Shown: one piece after another, positions 37,660 to 50,619 of the stretch
Layout of the letters: every line of letters begins with the position of its first letter
Numbering within the stretch: position 1 is the first letter of the stretch
Origin: Pavona decussata
Lineage: Eukaryota
Assembly: GCA_977016875.1 (NCBI GenBank)
Contig: CDRNST010000104.1
Location: 4,340,001-4,404,000, forward strand
Direction of reading: 5' to 3'
Length of the DNA stretch: 64,000 nt
Notes under the pieces: model-generated
What the model was told of the DNA's origin: nothing
The model's input: the letters and a program-made list of their open reading frames with translations, nothing else
The model's database searches: none
Translations under genes and position numbers: made by a program

Positions 37660-38000
37660 CAGACACAGGCATACTCAGGAAAAGAAAATCTGAGTTCTCC
37701 TATCAGGAGTTGAACCTAAGACCTTCCGATTACTAGTTCGGATGCTCTACCACTGAGCTACAGGAGACTCGTGGGAGCTAAGGCCATTAAACTAGAAACA
37801 TGTGATAAACATCCTGCATGCAGACCCATACACCTAAGATTTGAATGTGGAGGAGTGGAATATGTGAAAGAAATGTGATATTGTATTTTAAGCCTGGTGA
37901 CTGAAATGATAGATGATTTTTATTTCAACCGGTGACACAGGCAAATACTTAGAAGAAGAAAATCCGAGTTCTTCCAACACTGAGGAGTCGAACCTGTGGC
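37660..38000 (-). mobile_element. tRNA-derived SINE (family B), one full and one partial unit
   Basis: Minus strand TAGCTCAGTGGTAGAGC...GGTTCAACTCC. Confidence 0.75.
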
Positions 38001-41000
38001 AAAAGACGTAAACGGGAGGGGGTGCAATTAGATAGCATTAAAAAATAAGCTAAAGTAACAAAACAAATACGGTACAATTTGTATTTTATATTTGAAAGTA
38101 CAACTTGCCAATAAGCACAAGCAGCTGGTCGTTTTTATTAACACACATGCGCACTGATCGTACATACTCATAAATATCAAATTTTAACCTTGGTAGAAAT
38201 GCGTTTAAAAATTAATCAGACTTCTCATAATTACCGACTTCAGCTATTTTAAAAGCCAAATTTAACGCAATTGATTTTTGTTAGTCACTCTGACGCTGCA
38301 CTTTGTGCATATTAGCAGCAGCTAGGTTTGATGGGCAAATCATGCTGAGCACTTCAGTGTAAATTACTGGACCGTTAATTGGAGAGAAAAGACATACACT
38401 TGATACCCTAGTTGTTCAAAGAGCACATGACTCTATCTGTTGCGTAAGTCGCTATCGAGGCTATCCAGCGATAAACTATGCAAATATTCTTTTAATACCG
38501 TGAATATATTTTTCTCATAGTACTAGCTGAGAGAATTTGTTTACACATGAAGACATTCTATCTGTAGTGAAACAAGGCCAGTTTTAGGCTGAAAAGTAAG
38601 GCTATTTTAACGAGTTTTCCACAGTGAATTTTCCCGAGAATTGGCTCAATGTTAGGATTTAGCTAGTATTTGTACTCCAAAAAAACCTTAGGAAGAATTA
38701 TACTTGAACAACTGTAATAAATGGCAAAAAAACAAAATTGCAGAAATTGGCCAAACGTATAAGTAAGTGAATTTGTTTTGACTTCTCTCTTCTTTCCACA
38801 AAAAATAGCGAAATTTTACCGCGCAAAATTCGGACAAACCCGTTTTGAAACTTGTTAGGGGTGGAGGAATCAACAGATGTATCATCCGCTGGTTGCCATG
38901 GAAACGGGGTATACCAGTTGTAATGGTGTTTTAAGCAAAGCATAAGGACTTAGGTACTCGAAACTATGTTTGAACCCAGATGTTCAGTGGGCTGAAAGAA
39001 CCAGAACCTCAAGAAAAATATATATCACTACCAGCGAAAACTGAAGAAATGGTATATTCTCGGCCTCGTTGTTGTTGTATTTTTGTCATAATACTAGCTG
39101 GGAGAATTTGCCTACACATCAAGACATTGTATCTCTAGTGATCCTGTATACAGTGGAACTGTTAATAAGGACAGCGGAGACTTCTGCAGAGACTCGAGTT
39201 ACGGACACTGGCATGGTCATCTGCATCACAATGGTTATGAAACCTGACAAACTTCTTTGTTATTTGTTTTTGTTTGCCTTTTTGGCCTTGCCCCTGCACA
39301 AACCAAAGGATTGTGCACGGTCGCGGCCCTTCCAACATAAACTGCAGCACCATTGTTTTCATGGCAAGGTTTCATAGCCAGTCCCTCAAGTAAGTATGTC
39401 TGCATACTGTATAAATTGTCTAATTTTTAGTCCGCCTGGCTGAACCACAAACGAAAAATTTCAGTGCAGAACAAAGTCCCAGACTGTCTTTTAAAAATGA
39501 TTACGTTTAAATCAGTCGCGTTTGAATCTCTAAGAGAACATTAATTTTAGTCCGAGACTATTTAAATGAGCGGAAGTTTTCTTTAGTTTGAACTTTTAAA
39601 AGTTGCAGTTAATTAAGACAACTAACCATCGTTCTGTTGCTTTTAAATTTTATGCTTTAATTAGTCTTTGTAGCGATAATATACGACTGAGTCTTCGACG
39701 TTTATTGTGAGAACCCGTTTAATACGGACACCTGAATAATACGGACACTTTTGCAAGTGCCTTTGGTCCCCGGGTTCAACTGTGGTACAATACTATCGAT
39801 TCGTTTTAACTTTTTTTTAATCACAATTTTTATTAGCCTTATGACACAGAATATTAATAATATTTATAATACTAAACACTACTTACACTACATACGATAA
39901 TTACAATACTAAAAATACTAACAATACTTAAAATGACAATGCTACATTGTAAATATACTTTTTTTTCCTTGAATACAAATTTTAACTGAAACCGCTTCAT
40001 AAACCCCACACCAGATATGATTGTTAAACTCAGTAGAGTGTATACAATGGAAACTTCCCTCTATCTTATTCCTACCGTACAACGTTTCGGTTGATTAATG
40101 CTAACATTTGAACTAATTAGCTTGCAAGGACTTGTAATGGCAAATGTTGCTTTTGATATTTTGAACCAAACTCAATTCTGCAAGTGTGCCCCAGGCAGTC
40201 CGATTGATTCTCCCGTCGTGTTATATGGATTTTTTATTATATTTTGACTAAAGCCATCAGCTATAATTGAAATTTTTTCTTGGCAACAATAGGGTTGCTA
40301 TGATAAATAAAAAATGTTTTTGCTCTTATGCATATAGTCCATTTAATTCTCGAATTACTTGACACCTGTTAGTTTAAATTCTGCTCAAGAGAAAGACGAA
40401 CGAAATATCAGCAGCGATATACAGCAAGTGAAATCTTGAAACGACGCGTGGTACGGTAAGTAGATATAGATAGTATCTCGATTTTTAATAGCCTTTATAA
40501 CAGCAGCCGGGGTGAGTTTTATGAAATTCAGTTGCAGGTTGGGAAGAAGAGTATAATTTGCTCATAAGAGCTGGACTTTGAATTATTTTCTTCTGTGTGC
40601 ACTTCTTATTTAGGAGGTGTTGAGATTCAGTTATATTCTTGTTCAGCTCAATGTCAACAGTAAGACATCAGACTGAGGCATTATTCGTTTGGAAAACAGT
40701 TGGCAGAAATCCCACGGCACACTGAGCCAAAACGAGCGTCGTTTATACCAGTGATGAACTTGGCTTGTCATACCACCCATGTCGAACACTTTCCGAGGAT
40801 TGAATTCTTATTGTCAAGCGCTTTGAAATCATTCACAATCTATTTCGATTTTAATTTTAATTTTTTTTCTCAGTTAAAGCAAATTTCAACGTATAGATGC
40901 TTGATAACGGTTCTTCCGTCGGATAAACGTATCTGCTCTTTGAACGATTGAAGTCTGATGAGATCCATGAGAAATTGTAAAACCGAGTGCCTGTATTATC

Positions 41001-42639
41001 GTGTCAATTTTGCGTCAGGCCGTTTTCCAAATAAACCGGCTTGAGTGATCCGACGCCATACTAATAAAAGTCAGAGAATTTCAAAATATTTTTCAGACAA
41101 TGTGTTCGCGGTTATGTCAGTGGTGAGTTCTTACATGAATTGCAACTACGTTGCAAACATCATCTGAAAAGACTTTAAAGAAAGTCACTGCAATTCTGGG
41201 CTTTTAGGAGACTGAGGCAAATCCTGCAAACTTTCAGCGTTATATCTTAATATCTGTAGCTGAGAAGAAGGGCAAAAAAAGTGTTTCAACCGGTAGCCGA
41301 ATTGTTGCATAATCTTGGTTTTAAGAGTTGCATAACTAACACTTTGCCCTGAAGCATGCGGGCTCTTTGAATCTAGAAAAGCTTGAGTACAATCGCATTG
41401 CAAGACGAGAAAATATGTAAGTATCCAAGTGCAAAAAAAGGTACGAAATTCAGAATGGTTATTTGTTTGGCAATGGTGAATGCTTGTATATATTCGCTTA
41501 GTTCAGAATTACGTAACACTGGATTCCCATTGTTGCGCAAATTTTAAGGGCGTAAGATGGGCATAAGTTAAAATGATTTTATTCATGGCGTAAATTAACA
41601 AAAGAAGGCACTTATGGAACGGCTTACGTGAACGTAAAAAGTTGAGCGCCACTTAAACTGAAATCACGCCCGTATGCACGCTACATAACAGTGGAAATCC
41701 ACTTAGAATATTAACTGACATTGGCACTAAAATTCGAGAGAAAGACGGAGCTGCAACTGCACTGGGTGCATCTCAAGGCTGTCCTGTTTAAATAACAGAT
41801 AAACGGCGAACGGAAAGTTTTTCAGTGGTGAATAGCTGACTTCAGTGCAACTGAATGTAAGTGGTAGGATTGATATTGTAATTTATTTAAGTATCAGAAG
41901 GAGCGTGGAAACTGTCCTATTTTACGTCTTGAGATCTCTTTTAAGGCAAATAAATTATGCTTCCAGGGTTTTGTTCAACCACTGAATAATAAATTGAATA
42001 AGGAAATGTGTTCTGAAAGCTGCAAAATTTTGGATAGGATACGTGAATTCTTATATAATCATTGACAGACGTACAAACGTGTGCACTTGAAAAATTTCCA
42101 AATTCGTCGCTTTTCCAAGATGTATGCAGATCTGTGTAGCTGGCCCGAAAGCACTCACATTCATTGGTTTTGATAATTTTCAAACGAAGTTCTTTCTCGC
42201 ATTATCAATAGCTGTTGTAAAATTCAAAATTTCAAAAAAGTTATGAGCCGAAAGATTTCTTGACAAAGGCTGAGGGGAAACACGATTACAGGAATTTAGA
42301 ATCGAGTTTACGACAAACGGTAAACGTGAAATCCGCGTTTATATTTTCTTGAAAACTGAAAATGGGTACCGATAGATGAGAATAGTACAAAAATAATTCT
42401 GGCCTTCGATGCTAAAGCAAAACTACTGAATTTTATTAAGAACTTGAAAACAGCCAGGCGTAAATGAAGAAGAAACGTGGTCGCTGTCGTAATCCTCAAG
42501 GCTTAGGGCTCAGGAGCTCAGTCTTTGATGTCGAATAAATGACGGTGCCAGCGCGTCGAAACGCTGAATTATTAAATAAACAAAAATATAATTGAAAAAC
42601 TGGATCTAAAAAAAATATCTACGTCGAAAGTTCAGGATT

Positions 42640-42897
42640 TTTGGTTTGTTTATAAAATACGACCAAACCCAGGGTAAAATTGGGGCTAGGTTTCTGGAAA
42701 GAATTCAGTGCCGTAGGCCAGTTGTGTTTCGAAGAAACAGAGCCAGAAGAAAAAACCTAATGCCAAATTTTAATTGCTTTTTTGGTTCTGTTATCTTGGG
42801 ATTGCTTCCATTTCTGGCGTCTTACCTGTGACATTTATTCGAGAAACCTAGCCTCATTTTTTCCGAGTTTGGCTTTATTTCGTAAATAAAAACCACC
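42640..42897. mobile_element. MITE with ~50-bp imperfect TIRs
   Basis: ggtttgtttataaaata..ggctaggtttct ... agaaacctagcc..tatttcgtaaataaaaacc. Confidence 0.6.
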
Positions 42898-44108
42898 GAA
42901 TTAACCTTAAATTCTACATAGGACGTTATGCTCCAGGCTTGTCGACTCGTTCATTCATTAAGGCACTGTACTTGTAAATAGCTTATTAATGATGTATTGT
43001 CTCCATCGCCGATTTGCACAAGCTCGTACTGGTTCAACAACTGATAAAAATTACAGTCAAAATCAGTTAGTATAGACGCCAAAGGGACCCGCAAAAGTTC
43101 CGTATTACGCGGAATCCCAGCATAAACGTCACGTACACATGTTTTATCGAAACAGACTCAAGCATACAATTTAAGAGCAACAGAACGATGTTTTATGTCT
43201 TAACCATAACTTAAGTTCAAAACTGAAGAAACCTTGCACTCATTGAAATAGTCTCGCACGTACTAAAATATTGTTCTCTGTGTGCCTCAAACGCAACTAA
43301 CAATGTAATCATTTAAAATGGTCTGTGACTGTACTGGCAGTTTCATTTTGCACTTCAGCCAGCCGGACTGCCGGAATATTGGACAATTTATAAAGTGAGC
43401 TGATAACCACTGTCCTTAAAGCGAGGTTAACTTTGTATGAGAGCGTGTGACCAGTCGGTTCACTGAAAGGTGTCCGTTGTTCGTATTAACCGGCGGTTTC
43501 CGTATTATTAAGTGGCTAATGTAAGAGAAAATAAAGTGAGCTTTTCGTCGGGACAAACACAACACATTGTCCGTAATAAGCTGAGGTGTTGGCGTTAAGC
43601 TGGTGTCCGTAAAGTGGGGTTTTACTGTTTTTGTGACAATATATTTTCGCCCTGTTGTATTAATTTAGACATGAATTTCTTCCATTGATTATTAAAGAAC
43701 CTTTCGTTCCAAGCGTCGACCAAGGCGGTTTTTAACTGTCGAGTCTGTAGATGAAGTCCTACCGTTCAAACGAAAACGTATATGACAGTGTCTTCCAATA
43801 GTGCCGCTAATCACATCTGTGTCAATTCACCAGTATACAGTAAAATGGTCTTCCATCGAGCCATGTGCTTAGGAATGGAGATGAACTACTACTGTAAGAA
43901 TAACAGGTACTTTGACAACTTATAATGCTCATGCAATTATGCTGTATGAGGTCGTTCCAACTTTTGGGTCGGTGAAATCCTCAAGGATGACCCTTCTTAA
44001 GCTAGAGCCTTCTAAAACCTAGAGCTCAAATTATATATTCAGTACGTGGTTGATAGCAGGATTACAACAATGAATATTTATCTTCATAATCACCTTAGGA
44101 TCAAAGTG

Positions 44109-44527
44109 CACTGTTTTTTTTTTTATAAGAACGTCTAATTTTGGAGCTGAGGCTGTACGTTCTTACATTTGTTTGAGATTTGAGGCTGAAAACGTTCTTA
44201 AGATGTTCTTAAATTACATGGTATACACTACATGTATTTCAATAAGTCAATGCAGAAAACCTATCAAAGTGCATTGCCTGCTGAGATATGGTACTCCAAG
44301 AAATGCTGATTATGACAAACCGAGATGTCTGTCACTATTGTTAATGTTATACAAAACACGCCCTTAATTATTTTGGTTAATTTACACTTGTTACCTTGAT
44401 TTTATATACAGATTAGCAAAATAAAAACGTTCTTAATCGACTCGCAGCCTGAGGAATGTTCTTAATACGTTCTTAAAATTTTGGTTAATCTCAGCCTCGA
44501 CGTTCTTATAAAAAAAAACAGAGTGTA
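44109..44527. mobile_element. MITE (CACTG-T-run-ATAAGAACGT TIR)
   Basis: TIRs visible at both ends. Confidence 0.7.
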
Positions 44528-45604
44528 TTTACTTTCAAAAACACCTTATATTACGGACATTGTTATTTAGATATCTTCATCTTTAAAATGAACATCAACT
44601 GCCACGAATTCGTTAAAAGAACCCTAGAAACTCTACTAAAAATGATTAAAAATAAGAGCAATAGCTATTTCCTGGAAAGGACCGACGAAAGGCCAAGTTG
44701 AGGAAAAACTTATAAAAAGTAAGGTAACAAGGTGTTATCATTTGTAGGAAACTTAATTGAAAATATTTTTACGATCACAAGTGTTTCCGCGGAAACGTAC
44801 AGCTGCTCATACCGAATTCATGACAGGAGAATTTATACATTAATCACACATTAAGAACAACTAAGTCGAACTACAAGGTATTATCTCTGGAGAGCTGCGT
44901 AACGAAGGAAATGAATCAACTAGTCTTTTTCTGTGATATTCCCCAAACCGAAATTTAATTTGTAATAAGTCCCAACACCAAATAAAATTCCTTTAACTAT
45001 TTTAACCTCAAATAATTGCGTTGTAAATATTTTTCATCATTGACAATTTTATCATCTAATATTACTGAGCTTGGGATGCCTGTTGATGGCATCCAAAAGA
45101 CGGGCCATTCAAACTAACTATCATTTCAGTCTGTGGATGAAATCTTCGTGTGAACTTTGATCTCATTTCCTAAGATTTCTGCCCCACTGTTTGACGTAGA
45201 CTTTCGTTACCTTGAAGTTAAAATTACCGTTAAAAAACATGCGCAATGAAAATCTCAGGTAACTGTTAATCGCGGATATACTGATGGATGAGCATTAATC
45301 AAATAAATGAGCATTTCACAGTCTAACACTTTGTAACATGACCTTCGACACACCGCCTCACATGAAAAGAAAACCATGTTGTCCTGAGCGGACAACATGG
45401 CTTCTAAATCCCTAAACGGGATTTAGCATTAATCAGCTTTCTAACAACCGGATACAGCAAATTACGGTGGTGGTGTAAGTTCTTAAGCTTTGTGAGGAAG
45501 TTATGATTACGCTAAAGCTCAGTGTTTGGTAGATGAAATCGGGGACCGACCATTCAAATAAAGTTTGTTAGTACATGCCTGTGGCAATATTCGTTTTAGA
45601 TAGA

Positions 45605-45830
45605 TGACTGACCATCGTACTGAGTTATGTACCCAACTTAAGAAGCTGCGACAGGAAAGCCTGAAAAACATACAGTCTTGAACGGAATTTGAATCCATGA
45701 CCTCTGCGTTACCAGTGCAGTGCTTTACCAACTGAGCTATCAAGCCAACTGGGCCGGGAGCCGGTCATTTTGTGTGAATTATTAATATACCCGTACGGAT
45801 GAAGATATGGAAGTGCATTATATGAAATTC
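45605..45830 (-). mobile_element. tRNA-derived SINE (another family)
   Basis: Minus strand GATAGCTCAGTTGGTAAAGCACTGCACTGGTAACGCAGAGGTCATGGATTCAAATTCC. Confidence 0.75.
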
Positions 45831-45879
45831 ATATAGTTTGTTGTTTTAATAGCTTCTTATATTTGGGTGGGGATGAAAT

Positions 45880-46410
45880 GGTGATATAAAAGCCACTGAG
45901 TAGAACCTTCCTGAGAATGATGCATTATTCAGTGAGTGACACAGGCTTTCACGTTAAAAAAGAAACTAATCAGAGTGCTCCTATCAGGAGTCGAACCTAT
46001 GACGTTCAGAGTAGTAGTTCGCATGCTCTACCACTGAACTACAGGAGATTCGTAGGAGCTAGGCCATTAATAATACTATTCATCCATCTTTATACAATGG
46101 ATTTACATAATTGGATCTAAAGTTAAAAAATACACAATCATAGACAAAGGAGCCTCCTGCCCGCGCCATAAAAGAGTTCGCATGTCTTTTGGTTCTTGAC
46201 CTTGGTATTGCTACTGGTCCTGGTGTTGATCTCAGGTTATAGCTGTAGCTGGTATTTGGCTTTGTAGTGAAAATTTGATTTGGGTGGTTTTTATTATTAC
46301 AATTCTTTCCAATTCACGCTTTGTCGCTACTTTTCGTCTTTCCTCCAACGTCGGGAGGGATGTTCTTGGTATCCCGATGATGTCCAAACACCTGCCATTA
46401 AACTAGGTTT
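45880..46410 (-). mobile_element. SINE family B interrupted by a LINE 3' fragment (46071-46393)
   Basis: TSD GCCATTAA at 46063 and 46394; the insert encodes RCLDIIGIPRTSLPTLEERRK...YNLRS. Confidence 0.75.
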
Positions 46411-46719
46411 TAGAACCTTCCTGTACTGAGTGCAGCTTGTTATTCTTAAGGACTATCAATGAAATGTTTGGGTCATTGGATGAAACCAAAAAGTGTGGCC
46501 ATTCAAAGGAAATCTGTTGACCAGTACTTTCCTTTACCCTACTTTACACTTTTCTGAACCAGCGCATCAAGATTGATTTGTTCCAAGCCGTAGTGGCTCG
46601 CTTTGCGGTACAAATCGTTTTAGGTTTAGGTGAGTAGATCGACGGAAAAGGTTTTGTAAATGAGAAGGAGATCTCATCCGATTAACAAACACTCATTTCC
46701 TCTGTATTATGTTTATGTT

Positions 46720-47430
46720 AATACAAGTTGAGTTTTATAAATACACGCCGTCATCGGAATTAGAACTATGTCATGCAACTGAAAATGGAAAGGGCAAAGT
46801 GGAAAGTGCAATCTGTTTCCGTGATTACTACTAAATTTCTGTTGAAAAGCGCCAAAATCAGGCAAAGAGAAGGGTATATTGTACACAAATTTCGTAACAG
46901 ATATGTTCTATCCTAATGAACGGCTCAGACACCCGTCTTATAAACTTCTGCCCAACGAAAAAGAAGGAGATGAAAGATAAAAAACCACTAATTAGATATA
47001 GTTATCGCTCACAAGCAGATAGACTCCGAACGACTTAAAAGTTAAATTCTAAATATTATGTGTTTTGAAATCGGGAGAGATTTTCAAGGACATTACTGTA
47101 AATTGGTATGAAGTTTTTTGATCTACTTCTTGACTGGAGTTAACATAACGTGCTGAGCCTCGTAATCAAAGGCACGCTCTTAATTTATTTTTCGCCAACG
47201 AGGAGACAAAAGAATTACCGCATTTCCCTAAGTATGCTTCCATCACAGTGACTGGATATCGTCAAAAATGGAGATTACGAGGAAGCCTGCCAGCATATAA
47301 CACACCTCTAACTTTAAATAAATACGTGCAGTTCCTTAAAAAAGGTGCTTTGTATTATGGTGGACCCGCATGCTTCAGAGAACTGAAACTAAATAAGGAT
47401 GTACTTCCTTTTCGTTGAAAGGTAAGTACC
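46720..47430 (+). repeat. Diverged duplicate of the 56230-56960 module
   Basis: Collinear shared words: tataaata..cggaatta(g/c)aactatg; tgatt(a/g)ctact; agatgaaagat; gattttcaaggac; aaattggtatg; tgaaaggtaagtacc. Confidence 0.8.
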
Positions 47431-47441
47431 TTTACATGTTA

Positions 47442-47723
47442 AGGGCGATTTACACGGTAAGACTTTGTCACATGCGACAAGCTTACGACAGGCCTACGAC
47501 ACGAATTGTTTCGTGTAAATCAAACCTACAACTCGCTTATGACTGTCATGTACGTCACAAAAACAATGTCGTAGTTTTAAAATCCTACGACAATCGTAGG
47601 TATAGGCAATGTTGAATGACGGGAGTTGCGTGCGATTTCTTGCATGACGCGAGCAGCGCCCGCTCTAGAAATCGCATGCGACAGTGCAGTCGTAAGCAAA
47701 AGTTGTACCGTCTACATCGGCCT
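47442..47723. mobile_element. PIF/Harbinger-like MITE, TTA TSD
   Basis: TTA|AGGGCGATTTACACGGTA ... TACCGTCTACATCGGCCT|TTA. Confidence 0.8.
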
Positions 47724-48879
47724 TTAGAGAGTGATGGGCAAATGGTATCGGTACATTCTAACTGCTATATCGTCTATTTTCTGCGGTTTGGAGAAACCCT
47801 GTCAAAATTTTAATTTGTCATCATAGAATTCATTAACTCACCGATGTAACGAAACAAAATTGACGCTATAGTATAATTTCGTTTTCTGTGGAGCAGCTAG
47901 GCTAGCCAGTAACCGTACACCGGGCCTGAGTCTATGCAGTTATTGTTTTGTCCATAAACAATTTGGGCATCGAGATAACGTATACCCACTTTTCGTTCAG
48001 TTTCTCAGTTTTAATTGAATTCAGAAATACAAATCGCCTCGCTCTATGGCAACCGAGCACCAACTATAACGACTGTGTGTTGTATTTAGTATTAACAACA
48101 ACCAGGAAACGTCGTGATCCAAAACAAACGAGGAAAATAATTTGCCTTAGGCCAGTTTCTAAAGAATTTTTTGCAGCTTGTCTGCTATTTTAAGCATCCA
48201 AACAACGTGTAAAGGATAATTCCCCTTGAAAGGCTTTGTTTTAACTGCGCAGCCACTCTCAGCGAGTAAACCGCTCTGTTCTCCCAGCTTTGGAGTCTTA
48301 TCCAAAGACAATGGAGGTTTGGGACTTTCACGACCTTTTGATAGGAACAGACAATATTATTGAGGGCATTTGAAGAGTTTCACTGCAATAGAGATTGAAG
48401 CAGAATAACATATATTTCGAGGAAGATTGTTATCAAAAAAAGCAACAACGTGAAGAAAAAAAAATCAAACGGATCGTTCAACTGATATCCGGCAGCAGAT
48501 AAAAGTGTCACTATTGCTGTTGAAGTTGATGAGGAAACTCGCTGAACCGCACTCAATGCAAATCCAATGGTTGACAATAGTAGCAGGTGAACCAAGGTCA
48601 AGTGACAGAGAAAGCTGTCGCTACAATAATTAAAAGACGTGAACGGCTTCTATTGAAGTAGCAGACGAAGCAACTGAAGGGCCGGTTGGTGCAGGAACTG
48701 ATGAAATTAACTGAAAGCTCTGACGACAGTGAATAGACACAGGTCTGATTTAGGACTGAGTTCACTTTTAGAACAAACAAACCCTAAACAATGCAGAAAC
48801 AAGGGTTGAAATTCACTTAGGTTTATTTCAAACTTTGAATACCCATCGAAGCACTAATGAGTCATTACTCACTTAGATG

Positions 48880-49920
48880 TTGATTTTCGTGAACCTTTTG
48901 CGTGTTTTGACTGACTTCTGCCAAGTCATTGATTTATATCTTCTTGCTAATTGGTAAGTTTCAAGACAGTCACGACTTTTTTTATGTACACATGTTTCGG
49001 ATGGAAACTTCAGTACAAGTAACAGAACCCACTAGTAGGTGTGATATAAATGAAAGCAGGATAGAGTATAACTAATTACAACATGACAAGAAAGTAACAA
49101 ATATGGCTAATTACGTGACGATAATAAGGAAACGGAAAAGAAAATATATACTGAATAAACAAACAAAACTAAATAGCCAGTGAAAGATTAACGTGAGAAA
49201 TTTGCCTATTGGGTGGGGGGTTTTCCCCATTGAAAACGCAGCGCCTCCTTGATTTTGAGGTGGAAAGGGTCTCCAAGATGGAAAACAGAACAATCTTCAG
49301 AACATAAAGCTCGCCGTCAGTTTTCCGAGCTTTTAAGATGATATAAAATGTGGGAATTCATGTCAGTGGAAAGGTGCTCCCGGATTCGTGTAGCACACCA
49401 CAGCCTGCGCAAGCGGAAACTTATAAACTACACGAGATTGTAGTGACTTGGATATACTATTTTTCACACTAAACAACTTCCTTAATTGGTAGGGGGAAAA
49501 TCCAACTTCATGTCAAAATTTTTGCAAAGCCGCTGGGTAAAACACCTGATTTTACGTTGAACAGTGTTCGAAAAAGGGCCAAGAAAAGGTACTATATATA
49601 AAATCAGGCGTCTTACTCAGCGTTTATAGTATACTGAGTCACGCCGTAATTAGCTATATACTTTTTTTACTTTTCTTTTTGCGTTGTAATTTAATAGTCA
49701 TATGCTCTACATTTATTGTCAAGTTGTAATTAGCTATATTCTTGCATTATATCACACCCACTAGCGGGTTCTGTTACTTGTACTGAAGATGGATGAGTTT
49801 CGTCCGAAACGTATATAAATTTAAAAAAGTCGTGACCTTCTTGAAGATTATTTCTTGTCTGCTGGTTCTACGGAAAATTGGTAATTGCTGTTGGCAACTA
49901 CTATCCAGATTCAACTATCC
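48880..49920 (-). mobile_element. Penelope-like element of a second family: decayed GIY-YIG flanked by inverted pLTRs
   Basis: Minus 49170-49445 gives frameshifted LQSRVVYKF..CAGC..TRIREHLSTD.NSHI..HL..LKIKEAL..HVNLSL; 48961-49130 is the reverse complement of ~49640-49845. Confidence 0.8.
49778..49818 (+). ncRNA. Minimal type I hammerhead ribozyme in a Penelope-like pLTR
   Basis: ttgta-CTGAAGA-t-GGATGA(gtt)TCGTCC-GAAAC-GTA-tataa: conserved core, 6-bp stem II, palindromic ACGT stem III, 5-bp stem I. Confidence 0.7.
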
Positions 49921-50619
49921 ACTGCGCCTCTTCATAAGCCTAGGAAAAGCCAGTGCAAAAGGTAGTTGAATTGTAACTTTTAAGGAGCTTAATCAAGGAT
50001 CTCAAAGCAATTCCATTAAAAGAATAGGAATAGTAAATTATGGAGCGTCTCAGGAGTTGTAGGCACAAGGCATGACATTTCCGTGTCCTTCAACAACCCG
50101 TACAAGACTTGAGAGACAGGGGTGGACTCAGACAGACACCTTTATTTAGTTATAAAGCTCAGGGTAGTCCCTTCAGGAGCTGAAGTTAACAGCGCATTCA
50201 TCGTCATGTGTTGCTGTTTGAGGCCTTGCGCGTTATCCAAGCAAACAACATAACGCGGGAGCATAACCGATATTGCTGGCTCTGGTTACAGCGCCGTGAT
50301 CTCAAGACGGCTCTGGTCAGTTAGTATTCTCTTGGCTGGCCGAGCACTATTTTTGTCGAGCGGAACACTAACTGTTTTCAGCAACCATAGTTGATAGATT
50401 GTTTATATTTTCTTCCATATCCTCTCTGTCCTCTCACTGTGAAGGATCTCTTGAGCACAATGCAATCAAGGAATCCCACCCCAAATGTCCTTGAGTGCGC
50501 ATGTGAATCTTTGGTTCAGCCATAAAATCAAACATAAAGAAGTCCACGGTGGGCCGGATTCTTGAAACCATACTTGGTTAAGATGTGTCCTCAGCCAGAT
50601 TATCTGAATTCAGAAGTTT

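Noticed and set aside
37695-37770. tRNA-like cloverleaf (Thr-AGT-like)
   Set aside because: It is the head of a multi-copy SINE with diverged copies at 19.8 and 46.0 kb, and the acceptor arm is irregular.
39069-39377. 102-aa ORF with a signal-peptide-like stretch
   Set aside because: The hydrophobic part is a T-rich tract, the start lies in a repeat, and no domain is recognisable.
37215-41517. Two TTACGTAA D-box-like sites as light-responsive elements
   Set aside because: About one is expected by chance in this much AT-rich sequence.
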